The notes under the pieces: model-generated
Databases searched by the model: none
Seen by the model: the letters and a program-made list of their open reading frames with translations, nothing else
What the model was told of the DNA's origin: nothing
Position numbers and translations under genes: made by a program
Assembly: GCA_002269645.1 (NCBI GenBank)
Contig: NIVC01000412.1
Coordinates: 682,001-746,000 of the forward strand
Origin: Macrostomum lignano
Lineage: Eukaryota
DNA: 64,000 nt
Direction: 5' to 3'
Shown: piece after piece, positions 53,305 to 64,000 of the stretch
Layout: each line of letters begins with the position of its first letter
Numbering within the stretch: position 1 is the stretch's first letter

Positions 53305-54158
53305 CTCAGGTAGATTGTAGGGCGATTCTCAGGTAGATTGTAGGGCGATTCTCAGGGAGATTGTAGGGCGATTGTCAGGGAGATTGTAGGGCGATTCTCA
53401 GGGAGATTGTACGGCGATTCTCAGGGAGATTGTAGGGCGATTCTCAGAGAGATGGTAGGGCAATTCTCAGAGAGATTGTACGGCGATAAGGGCGATTCTC
53501 ATGGAGATTGTAGGGCGATTCTCAGAGAGATGGTAGGGCAATTCTCAGGGAGATTTTAGGGCGATTCTCAGGGAGATTGTAGGGCGATTCTCACGGAAAT
53601 TGTAGGGCGATCCTCAGGTAGATTGTAGGTCGATTCTCAGGTAGATTGTAGGGCGATTCTCAGGGAGATTGTAGGGCGATCCTCAGGGAGATTGTAGGGC
53701 GATTCTCATGGAGGTTGTGGGGCGATTCTCAGAGAGATGGTAGGGCGATTCTTATGGAGATTGTAGGGCGATTCTCAGGTAGATTGCCGGGCGATTCTCA
53801 GGGAGATTTTAGGGCGATTCTCAGAGAGATGGTAGGGCACTTCTCATGGAGATTGTAGGGCGATTCTCATGGAGATTGTGGGGCGATTCTTATGGAGATT
53901 GTAGGGCGATTCTCAGGTAGATTGTAGGGCGATTCTCAGGGAGATTTTAGGGCGATTCTCAGAGAGATGGTAGGGCAATTCTCAGGTAGATTGTAGGGCG
54001 ATTCTCATGGAGATTGTAGGGCGATTCTCAGGGAGATTTTAGGGCGATTCTCAGAGAGATGGTAGGGCACTTCTCATGGAGATTGTAGGGCGATGCTCAT
54101 GGAGATTGTAGGGCGATTCTCAGGGAGATTGTAGGGCGATTCTCATGGAGATTGTAGG
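53305..54158. repeat. 23-bp minisatellite
   Basis: Unit AGGGCGATTCTCAGGGAGATTGT. Confidence 0.95.
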
Positions 54159-55061
54159 GTATGGAGATTTTAGTCTAAGGCAATTTACTTTAAGGCTAAC
54201 AAAGACCAGATAAAGGGGGCAATTAAAGCGCTTTATACATGACATCCCATAGCTAACATATCAGGGGAAGTTTTAAGCAAATCGTGTTAACAGCACACTT
54301 GCGACACTCACAGCGGAGAGAAACGCAAAAAATTAGCAAAACAGACAAAAATAAACACCTAACGCACACGACGGCAAAGCAGTGCTTTTCAACCCAATTA
54401 TTACATAAACAGCAAAATTAATCGGATAAGAACATAAAAATTCCTTGATAAGAAACCAGCGCATAAAGTACAGGCAGTTATATAATTTTACGCGATTTAG
54501 TGATCAAAATGTTACCCAAATTTAAGCACTGGAATGCGATTTAAACAAAACGATTTAGAAATTTAAGATTAAAAGAATATAACCCTTGGAAAGCATGCCT
54601 AAGTACTGATGCTGACAGTAGTCAGTAGCTAATATTAATCTTTATATTCACCAAGTACAAGCACAAAAAAACTAAATACTTCAATACCAGCGCATGCAAG
54701 GAGACAGACGGAAAGACTAATTTGAAATTACAAATTTAAGCTGTTTTGAGTTGCTATTGATAGTATTGCATTACATAATAATAATCCTTATTTTCCAATA
54801 AAATTGCTTTCATGTGAAAAAAATTGCACTATTTGGAAAGTGAATCCAATTTTATGTCTCTGCAGAGTCAACCACCTTCTTCTCTTCTTCTCTCTCCTCT
54901 CCTATCTCATCTCTCTTCTCCTCTAGTTCTTTCTTCCGGCCCTAGTGTTTGCCGACAGATTAGAATTTGCGATGAAAGGCAAGATGGCAGCCCAGCTGTT
55001 GTAATTCTGCTCTTCAAAAAATGCATCTAGCCAATCTGGTCAGCTGGTCAAGCCGGTCGTG

Positions 55062-57215
55062 TCACAAGACCGACGCCTCGGCGCGCTCTAGCAAGTCGCG
55101 ATCTTCGCCAAGAAATTCGCGCATCAGCTGCCTGGCGTCATCTCTCAGCCAATAGGAGCGCAAGGCCAGGCACTCGGCCTGGCAGGCCTGGATAACAGAC
55201 GACCTGCTAGTCGAATGCATCAGCGCTTTAGTCTGGCGCACATTCTCGGCGCCGACGCTGGCGCCAATGCTGGCGCAACGGACGGCGGCTTCCTGTTGAA
55301 ATGTGTCGGCAAAGATCACGCTAGACACCAGGCCCCGAGTGCAAGCCTCGTTAGCTGTGAGCTTCCGTCCGGCAAGCAGCATCTCAGAGGCGGTCGGCTT
55401 GCCCAACGCCTGACGCAGAGTGTAGGACACGCCAGCCTCGCACGGCTGCTTGAGCTTGGCGTAGGGCAAATAAAAATAGGCGCTATCGCTAGCGTAGACA
55501 AAATCGCACAGCGGCAGCAGGGCCGCGCCTAAGCCTACGCAAGCTCCTGTAACCGTGGCAACCAATAACTTGGGAAATTCAACCATAGCCGACACTAAGC
55601 GTTGCAATTCGTCAGTGAGCTGATTGACAGCTAGAGAAGCCTCCTGACCGGGCTTGGCTGCTAGCATTGAGCTGAGATCGACTCCCCTACTGAAGCAGCG
55701 GGGATCTGTGTTAGCCAGACGGACCAGCCTGCAAGCTGGATTGTCCAGCGCCTGCTGCAGCGCCCGGCACAGCTCCTGCATCAGACGGACTGTGAAGCAG
55801 CAGCCAGGCTGTCCAGTGCCATTCCTGGGCCCAACTAGCCAGATTTCAAACACACCCGGACTGTGGGCCGGCTGTTTAACAAATAACTCATGATAATTGT
55901 TGCGAATATGAGTTGTTTTCTTTGCTTGCAGCTGCTGCTGCTGCTGCTGGGACTTCGGTTTAGCCTTGGCTGACACAGTGGACACAGCAACTGAGCGCGG
56001 CTTCTGATTAGGCAAGTACAGAGTCAGCGAGTTGTCAGTTGAACAGCGCACCTTCTTTAAGCGGCCAATTCTAACCATATCCTCGATGACCGCTTCGGCT
56101 AGTCCGGCACCGACTCGGAGCTTCTTGCACACTGCTTGCACTACTCGATCTAGTAGTACCTTGCGCTTCAACCGACGGATGCTATCAATAGCGTCGATAA
56201 CTCCGGCGTGGTAGCGGCGAAGATCGCTAGACGACGATGTCGGCGTCTGCGGCAGCGAAGGCTGCGACTGTTGCTGCTGCTGCTGCTGTTGTTCAGGCCG
56301 CGGCGAAGGCTCCAGAGGCGGAGACGAGGCCGGAGCTAGAAGAGCCGAAGGAGAATCGACAGCGGATGCAATCAAAGCAACAGGAGCTGTCGAAGGAGAC
56401 GAAGGAGACAAGTGTCGAGGCGTGACCGGAGCGCTGCCGCCTTCTAATCCGTATTTCAAATTCCAGTCAATAGATGCTGGTGGCAGAGCCGCTAGCTCTG
56501 ACTGCTGCTGCTGCTGCATCTGAGACGGAATTGGCAGCGGCGGCGACTGCGACTGCTGCGACGGTGGCAACGGCTGAGGCGGCTGCGAAGGCTGCGAATT
56601 TGGCGATACGGTTGAAGAAGCAGCGGACGATGCGGCGGACGAAGCAGACGACGAAGAAGAGGATGCAGACGCGGCTGAAGACGGATTAGAAGCAGAAACT
56701 GTTGAAGCGTCATCTACAGATTTTTGCTGATTCTTTTTCTTGGCTTGCTGCTTCTGCTGCCTTGGCTGCAATTTCTGCAGCCTTTTCTTGGCTTTTCTCT
56801 TTGGCAAAGCCAGCACGCGAGCCCGTTGCGGTTGCTGTTTGCCGCCTTTCTTTCGCATCAGTTTAGCAGCTGTCTGCTGCTTCTGCGGCAATTTCTGAGC
56901 CTGCGGCGGTTCGGGCTGCGACTGTTGCAGCTGTTTCAGGGCCATCAGCTTCGGCAGCCTCGGCTGAGTCTGCTGCTTTTTCGGAGAGCCCTGGTCAATT
57001 GGTTGCTGCTCCTTTGAAGAGCTCGGTGAACTGGCATTCGAAGCCGAATTATTTGAATTCTTTGATCGGTTATGAAAATCTCTGACCAATCGGTAAGCAA
57101 CAGGCATGATCTCTGTGGCCGGCTCCCAGGTGTCCTGACTGGATTTGAAACCAGTCCAGCGGATCCTGTATTCAACTCGGCCTTGCTTCTTGCGCTTGTC
57201 AATTATCTTGGAGAT
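55062..57215 (-). CDS. CDYL: CDYL-like protein, exon 2: chromodomain, winged-helix-like segment, crotonase fold
   Basis: ISKIIDKRKKQGRVEYRIRWTGF...DTWEP (chromodomain); GLGAALLPLCDFVYA, ASEMLLAGRKLTANEACTRGLVS (CDY-type enoyl-CoA hydratase fold); acceptor GCACAG; the exon extends upstream of the track ORF. Confidence 0.93.
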   Translation of the reverse strand: MSKIIDKRKKQGRVEYRIRWTGFKSSQDTWEPATEIMPVAYRLVRDFHNRSKNSNNSASNASSPSSSKEQQPIDQGSPKKQQTQPRLPKLMALKQLQQSQPEPPQAQKLPQKQQTAAKLMRKKGGKQQPQRARVLALPKRKAKKRLQKLQPRQQKQQAKKKNQQKSVDDASTVSASNPSSAASASSSSSSASSAASSAASSTVSPNSQPSQPPQPLPPSQQSQSPPLPIPSQMQQQQQSELAALPPASIDWNLKYGLEGGSAPVTPRHLSPSSPSTAPVALIASAVDSPSALLAPASSPPLEPSPRPEQQQQQQQQSQPSLPQTPTSSSSDLRRYHAGVIDAIDSIRRLKRKVLLDRVVQAVCKKLRVGAGLAEAVIEDMVRIGRLKKVRCSTDNSLTLYLPNQKPRSVAVSTVSAKAKPKSQQQQQQLQAKKTTHIRNNYHELFVKQPAHSPGVFEIWLVGPRNGTGQPGCCFTVRLMQELCRALQQALDNPACRLVRLANTDPRCFSRGVDLSSMLAAKPGQEASLAVNQLTDELQRLVSAMVEFPKLLVATVTGACVGLGAALLPLCDFVYASDSAYFYLPYAKLKQPCEAGVSYTLRQALGKPTASEMLLAGRKLTANEACTRGLVSSVIFADTFQQEAAVRCASIGASVGAENVRQTKALMHSTSRSSVIQACQAECLALRSYWLRDDARQLMREFLGEDRDLLERAEASVL

Positions 57216-58979
57216 CTGTGCAAATGGAGTGAGTCAAAGTTGCACGAGTCACAATTTGGCTAAAGGAGACCAAGATCTCAAGCACTGTTACAATAGATAG
57301 AATTTGAGATTTCCTTAATCAACAAACTGCTAATAGGCTTTAATTTTGAAATTTTTATGCATGCTAAGAAAACTTCTTATAACTAAATATAGAGAAAAAA
57401 TCATCTAAATAAATGTTATATAATGCATAGTACAAAATCTTTATGCCATTTGTATTAGGTATAAGAAACATTGGGTGAAATTTTAATCTTTACTTTTCCT
57501 AATACAGGTAAAAAGTTGAATTCAGTTGTCTTTATACTTCTTCTATATACTTCTACTGACACATTAAGAACAAAAAGTAAAAAAGTAAGGAATATCAAAA
57601 AAGTTTTAAGCGAGATATTACATTGATTATAGTTGTAAACTATCAAGATATGAGTGCCAATATATTAGTATAAGCAAGATATCAATATTTTTCTAAACAA
57701 AAAACATTTTAATTATTTCTTAGGCTTAATAAATTGTGGTTAAAATTAAAGTGATACTAAATAATTCTTAAAATATTTTTATTATATACATATAAAATAC
57801 AAAGTAAGTTAAGCAAAGCCTATGTTCTTTCTTTGTTATGAACATTAACTAAGCTTTGGCGCACTAAGTATTTATTAATTTATAGCAGTTTTCATTTTTA
57901 TAGGTATTAATAACTATCTGCATAAAACATTTGGCTATATAATAGGCATTTTTGGATTCTTTTATTGAATATCTAAGACAAAGTACTGACTACTTTAAAG
58001 GGTCCTTATGTTGCAATGCAAAACCCTATTGGAATAAGCTAACAAATTGCGGACATGTGTCTGTCGCGTTTACAAAATTTTTCAGTGTTGCGTCGCAGTG
58101 GAGTCTTCAGCAAGTGGTTTCACATCGCAGAGGAGTCATTAAGCAGCTGGTGTTGCATTGGTGTTGCAGAGTCCATGGTTTTGTTTGGTAGTGTTGTGAC
58201 ACTGTTGCAGTCGTCAGGTGCCACAACTTCTTAAAAGATGAGCTTCTTGTAATTTTTTGTTTTATCCTCTTTTTTGTTTCAACTTACTTTTATGTCATTT
58301 ATAATATAACATGTGAATAGACAATATTTGCTGTTGCGGACTTGAAATTAAAGTTTCTTGTTTTCTAGTTTTGATTTTGACATTTTTTGCTAATGACAAA
58401 CATTGAGAATTGAGTGAACTGAACTCAGATGAAGTGACCGCTGGGCCAGCTGCTAGCCTGCTATGAATTGTGAAAAACAAGTAACAAGTAATACTTGTTA
58501 GTTATAAAGCATATGCTGTTTTTCTAATTGCTGTACCTTTGTTGTTTTATTTTTTATTGTTTTTAAATTTCATTTCTTTTTCTGTGAAATTGAAAGGAAT
58601 ACTGGTCTTAGTCTTTGGAGTGAATGGCAGAACAGGAATTATCAATTTAAGTGAATGCTCTCCCCCCCCCCAGTTATTCAGTCAACAGACATTGGTTTTG
58701 CATGTCTGCATCACCCCCCCCCCCTAGTCAACAAAATTTGGTATTGCGTTGCACTTTTGAGGGCACAATTTTGGCACCCATGTCGCACATCTATAGGTTT
58801 TTGAAACTTATTCTAATAAGGATGCAAAAAAGGTCTTTTATTGTTGCAACCTCTTCTAATAATGTCTGGCTTATAAATCCTGAGTAAATTTGTTTTGCTT
58901 GCATAAACTTGAAAATATAGTAAAGTGGTCACTTTTTCCTATGTACGGTCTTCGTTTTCTAGGTACAATACCATAAAAG

Positions 58980-59621
58980 TAGTGTTCCGCCATAAGGAAG
59001 GTCCATGTACTGTAGCCGTAGCTGTAAGCAAAACTATGGCTTACTCCAATTCTCCGTATTCCATAGCTGTAGGGACCCCAAAATTACTATATTCCCGTAG
59101 TTCCCATAGCCATAGCCGTAGATTTAACAAAAAGTCTAAAAAATAAAATATTTTGAATCAAGAAGATAACTTAGTGCTTAAACAACTGCAAATAAAACTA
59201 GAAAATAAAAGAAACACTTAATTGACTTTGTAAGATTATGTTTTGTCTTTTTTCAAAGCAACAATACTTAATCATTATTAAAAGTACTAACGCCGAACTT
59301 TTTCACATTAATAAAAATTAGAGTTTGCTAGTGTTTTATTGTATTTTTTAGGTATATTTTATAAGTTTCTAGGTTAATAATACAGTTTAATAAAAGTATA
59401 TTTGTTTTACTCTATCTGTTTCTAATATTTTTCAATTTTTAACATTAATAACTACAGCTACGGGAATCTACGGAATGTGACAGGCATTGACAGCAACTAC
59501 TATATTTCCATAGTTGTAGCCACAAGAGCAGCTAGCTACCGTAGGCGTATCCACCTATTTTACCGTATTTGCCGTAGGATCCTGTAGCCATAGGCCTAGC
59601 TACAGCTATGGCAGAACACTA
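58980..59621. mobile_element. hAT-like MITE in CDYL intron 1
   Basis: TIR TAGTGTTC(C/T)GCCATA; subterminal CCATAGC(C/T)GTAG repeats; CATAAAAG on both flanks, offset by 4 nt on the right. Confidence 0.72.
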
Positions 59622-60132
59622 CTTACATAAAAGCCTAAAACTAGGCTTAATAGTTTGAGAATGTGAAAATAAAGTTAGATATGATGACATTTTTCATTTT
59701 AAAAATCAACTAAATATTACCTAAAATAAATTAAAACATAGGCTGACTTCATATGCTAAGTAATACTAATTAGGCCAGGGCTTATAGTAAGGGCTGTACC
59801 TGTAAGGCAAAGAAAGTTATTTAATCTTAATAATAATAGCTAAGTTAAATACATTAAATGGTCGAATTAGCACTGGTAGGAAAAATGATTTAAATAATCC
59901 AACATTTAGAACCTAATACAATTACAAATCAAAGACAGAGAGATTTAGTTCAAGCTCTAGGCCTACCCAGCCTTAGCCTTATGTTATGATGTCTTCAAAA
60001 TATCCCTCTAGTCTAAACTCTGCATAAATAGTTTTACCAAGATGGCAAGTTTACAGCTTAAAATAAAAAAACTATAAGCAAAAAAAGTTTTAGCGTAAGT
60101 AGCACGTGTTTAATCAATCTTTCTATACTTAC

Positions 60133-60150
60133 TCTGTAGCTTCTTCCCAT
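60133..60150 (-). CDS. CDYL: CDYL-like protein, 18-nt coding part of exon 1 (MGRSYR)
   Basis: ATG GGA AGA AGC TAC AGA followed by GTAAGT; phase 0; completes the chromodomain as YR-ISKIIDKR. Confidence 0.72.
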
Positions 60151-61634
60151 TTGCGTTTTAGATCAAACGTAGAATACTTTGACGCGCGGTTTTAGTCAAA
60201 TGATTCAAATAGCTGTTAGCAAAAAATGAAATAGGATAGATTCAAGCGCTATTTATTTCTTTTTTTGATATTTACTGCAGATAACATTAAAGCAATGACT
60301 ATACAAAATCTGTCAGAAACAAGTAAATTGTAGTTTCGATCTCTAGCTCGATCTCTCTAGCAAGTTTTACCTTTTTTGAATTAGTGCCTTGAACTGACTT
60401 AAATTAAAATAATATTTTAAGTTTTAATAACCGTCTTGTCGCAATTTTGCACAGACTGATATCTAGGCGTAAACTCTTATGCATCTGCATAGGCCTCCCG
60501 CATACAAATAGTCCAGAAGTTAAAACTACAAATATAGCCCCATAACTGCGCGAAAATATAGAAGAAGATATTTTAAAATGATTCAAAACGAGGGACATTG
60601 ATCGGGTCAAAATCAAAATCAAAAGCTCCTGAATAAAATCGTGCCTTTCTGATTGCACGAGATAAAAATTTATGTAAAGATATAAATGTATTATCTTGAA
60701 CACTGAATATATTATTATGGCTGCATGCTTCCTGATTAACCTGCCTCGACATTTTGCTTTTTAGCTACATGCCTGCGCAGAGCCTTTATGTACATATAAC
60801 ACAGGTCTCCAGTATTCATCTCATCACTGCACCCAATGTAAAGCGATGGTTTTCTACGGCTGTAATATGGTCTAATGCATTCACAGAATCCGCAAGAAGG
60901 ACTTTGAAAAGCCTTACACAGCAGCAGTACTTCAACTTTGATAACTAACCGCTTTATAACTGTTTATAAAATTTCGCTGGGGTCTAGAGCCACTGCAGGA
61001 AGATGAAAATTGGTCGAAAGCTCTGTGGCCCCAAATTTGACAACTGCTGAAACAGCGGATCGCCTTCAAGCTAAAAAAGGGTGCATGTTATATAATTGCA
61101 TCCATGCATGTACGTACACGCTGTACACAGAAATTATGAGTGGTACATGCATGTATCCCATGAAGAGCCCCTGTCGCTTTTTGAACGGAAATGCACCAAG
61201 ATAATACCAACAAATTCCAAAACTACAGTACAGCCTCACATGAATGACCTCGGATGAGGCTTGAAGTCACAGCTGGTAATTATCATTCAACAAAATGGAA
61301 AAAATGCGTTTGACCCTCCGGGGTGAAGTAGTGTAGTGCGTGTACCGGTATCCGAGGTCTGCGCACAGCTTTTAGCAGCTAGGTTACATGTACTGGCCTC
61401 GCGTCTTAAATCTACTGGCCTCGCGTCGACTACTACACTATTTATTGGTCGCAACTTGTACATTTTAACTACATCTAATCAGAGACGCTATATACATGTA
61501 CATGTACATGTTATGATGACATTTTCAAGCTTAAAGTATAACCTGCACTCGCTCATGGTGGCTCATGCTGGCCAGGGGTGTACATGAATATTCACCATGG
61601 CAATTTTAATGTTTAAGTTAAAACAAGCGGCATT

Positions 61635-63230
61635 ATGGAGGCCGTACATGATGAAGTTCTGTGTGATAGATTTTTATTGCGTACCCTTCTCAAACAACAC
61701 CTAATGGGGTCGGAGCTGACCCAAGGACTATTAGACCCGAGTGTTCCTATAGTGGTCCTTGAGCTGACCGTGGAGCGAGCGACTGGACACTGGACTACCT
61801 CAGGCCCAAGCCATCAAAGGAGGTAGCCACGCAGACACAAGCAGCTCATTTTGAGTCCAGCTACGACAACTGCGGCTCGATCAGTGGTGCAGGTGCATTG
61901 TGGCGGACCAACCTGTCAAGCTGCTCTTTGACTCCGGTTCGCGAGTCTCTATCATCACCAAGATACAACAGACTTCTGACCAACGTGTCCCTGTAGACAT
62001 CTACGGAAGCTGGTCGCTTTCAACGGCAGCAAAATCTGCATGCTTCGTGAATCCTGACCTCGGTGCAGCTCAAGGACAAGGGGCCGGTTGCCTTGCGTCA
62101 ACATAAGCGTGGTCAAGACAGGATCCGACATACTGTGGTGCGACCTCATGGATCAGCTGAGACTGCGGATCGTCGCTGCAGACGGTGAGCGAGTGCAGGC
62201 AGTCGGCACGAGAGTCCTGACTGACTGGATCCCAAGCCGGTATGACCAGTTTACTCAGGAACTCAGACACATCACAGGATTTCAGCACAGGCCGCAAGTC
62301 AACCCCGCGGTGCAACCGACAGCTCAACCGTTGCGCAGAGTGCTGCCCAGCCTAAGAGATTCGGTTCAAAAAGAGGATCAACATCTGCTGCAGCAAAAGC
62401 ATCATTGAGGAGACCGACGCCTCAAACTGGGTGTCAAACCTAGTCGTGGTGCCAAAAGCGATCATGACCAGACTGATCTGCAACGACCTGAGAGTCCCAA
62501 ACAAGAGAATCATACAGAAGAGGTCACGATGCCTCTCCAATTTAGAACTTGAATTTGTCATGCAGCTGGAGCTGACCGAGAACTGCAAAAATCTGACGGC
62601 TTTAGGGACAGAACGAGGCCTATTTCGATATCGAAAGGATGTGATTCAAGGGTGCAGTGCACCCTATTGGCGACATTGCGGCGCACGTGGCATCACGGGA
62701 AGAGCATGGCAATTAGCACCCGATCAAGGTGCTACAAGTTTTGATGACGCACAACGTGACCATCAACACAGTCAAGTGCACCTGGCACCATGCAAGGATG
62801 AGGTTAACTTCCTAGGCTAATCAAGCTATCGAGCATTGTTGTTGTTAAACGAGGGTGGGAAGCAGTGCTACCCGCGGATCAGCCCAGAGAAGGGCTCTAC
62901 CGCTAGCTTACAGGGCCTATCTACCAGGGGCATTTAGCCCGAGCAGCCCAGATTGGGTCCAGGACTCAAGGCCTGGTGAGAGTGCCTTATTGGATGCTAC
63001 TCACCCAAGCCTATGGACTAAGACATCGCCTACCCATAGTGGAATCAGGAACGGTGCTAGGACCGAGTCCACCCAAGCCACTCGCCAGCGACAAAGTCCC
63101 GAGTGGAAAGCAGTCCGAGAGCGGGAAAACCCGAAGTCTACGGAAAAAGCTAAATTATTGGAGCGAGTCTCGAAGCTTATTACAATGGGCGAGTCTCCTA
63201 TCAGGAGTAGGATCAGGCTCCTATAGGGCT
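61635..63230 (+). mobile_element. Decayed Ty3/Gypsy LTR retrotransposon (gag-pol remnant)
   Basis: Protease LLFDSGSRVSII; RT fragments ITGFQHRPQVNP, WVSNLVVVPK, a disrupted YxDD-like site and EVNFLG; many frameshifts and stops; LTRs not identified. Confidence 0.82.
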
Positions 63231-64000
63231 GCAAGCCTCAAGGCTTTTTCGCTATCCAGAGCGTTAAGGTGCAGTCGAAATGTAAGCTGTGACATCTCAA
63301 TTTTATTGCACAAACGCAAAAAATCCAATCGACATTTTTATTTTTCCTACTTAAAGTAGACGAAATGTGCGCTACTCCAATTTTATATAGAATCCGCACG
63401 ATGAATTTCGCCACAAAAGCGTAAAGCTCAGAGAATTAGGCTTAGCTTGCAGCATTGTTCAGGCTTAAATAGGCAGTCGGACACCCCAACTGCCGGGCTG
63501 GTCCGGAGTCAATGGGTTAACTGAATTGCTCTCAAAATACCCCATTGGCACTCACTTGACCAGCTTTTTTGTTGCCTTTAATCCAAAAGTTTTCAAATAT
63601 TTCTGGGCTTTAGGAAACGAGCATTCAACATGTAAATGTACATAAATAGGTGAATGACAAAGACTACTTGATCCTTGACGAGATCAATAGTCCAACACTG
63701 ACCAGCAGATTTTCAAACAACTTTTTTTTAATTTTTCCAATGTTACATTCTTTCAAAATCTTCTACGCATAGTTTTGTCATTTTCTACTGTAAGTAATAT
63801 AATAGCGTGTGTGTAGAATTATTTACCGGAGAAATTGGCCGGATTGCATGAGCTGCGCATTGAGGAGTTTAAACAGCAGTTGCAGTTGCCATTTTAACCA
63901 GGCGGTCCGGAGACGAAGGGTGAACTATAACGAGCTTACACAGCCATGAATTCCATCCCATCGACACTTGAAATTGACAGTCGAAATTTTTATGTAGAAT

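Noticed and set aside
63498-63520. piggyBac-like end ...GTCAATGGG-TTAA
   Set aside because: No matching opposite TIR was found in the window.

Overview
Animal genomic DNA with GC-rich exons and minisatellite-filled introns. The style suggests a flatworm such as Macrostomum, but that taxon is an inference. I reconstructed five intron-containing genes by hand from GT-AG junctions with consistent reading phase: an innexin (- strand; two 5' coding exons, 3' exons not found), a GH35 beta-galactosidase (GLB1, -, 5 exons), a divergent COX5B (+, 3 exons, start codon not located), the centriole gene SAS-4/CENPJ (+, 5 exons) and a CDYL-like gene (-, 2 exons). Mobile DNA comprises a young Penelope-like retroelement (RT plus GIY-YIG) with a minimal hammerhead ribozyme and a nested 5'-truncated LINE, a tRNA/CORE-type SINE, several non-autonomous TIR/foldback elements and a decayed Ty3/Gypsy remnant. 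About 20 tandem arrays explain most long ORFs in the track, which are not genes. The most notable observations are: (1) the CDYL-like protein carries an apparent SAMD1/KAT6-type winged-helix domain between its chromodomain and crotonase fold; (2) two SAS-4 intronic arrays are amplified copies of the gene's own splice donor and acceptor; (3) the PLE has a hammerhead and microsatellite-containing terminal repeats. All protein family comparisons are from recalled motifs, not database searches.
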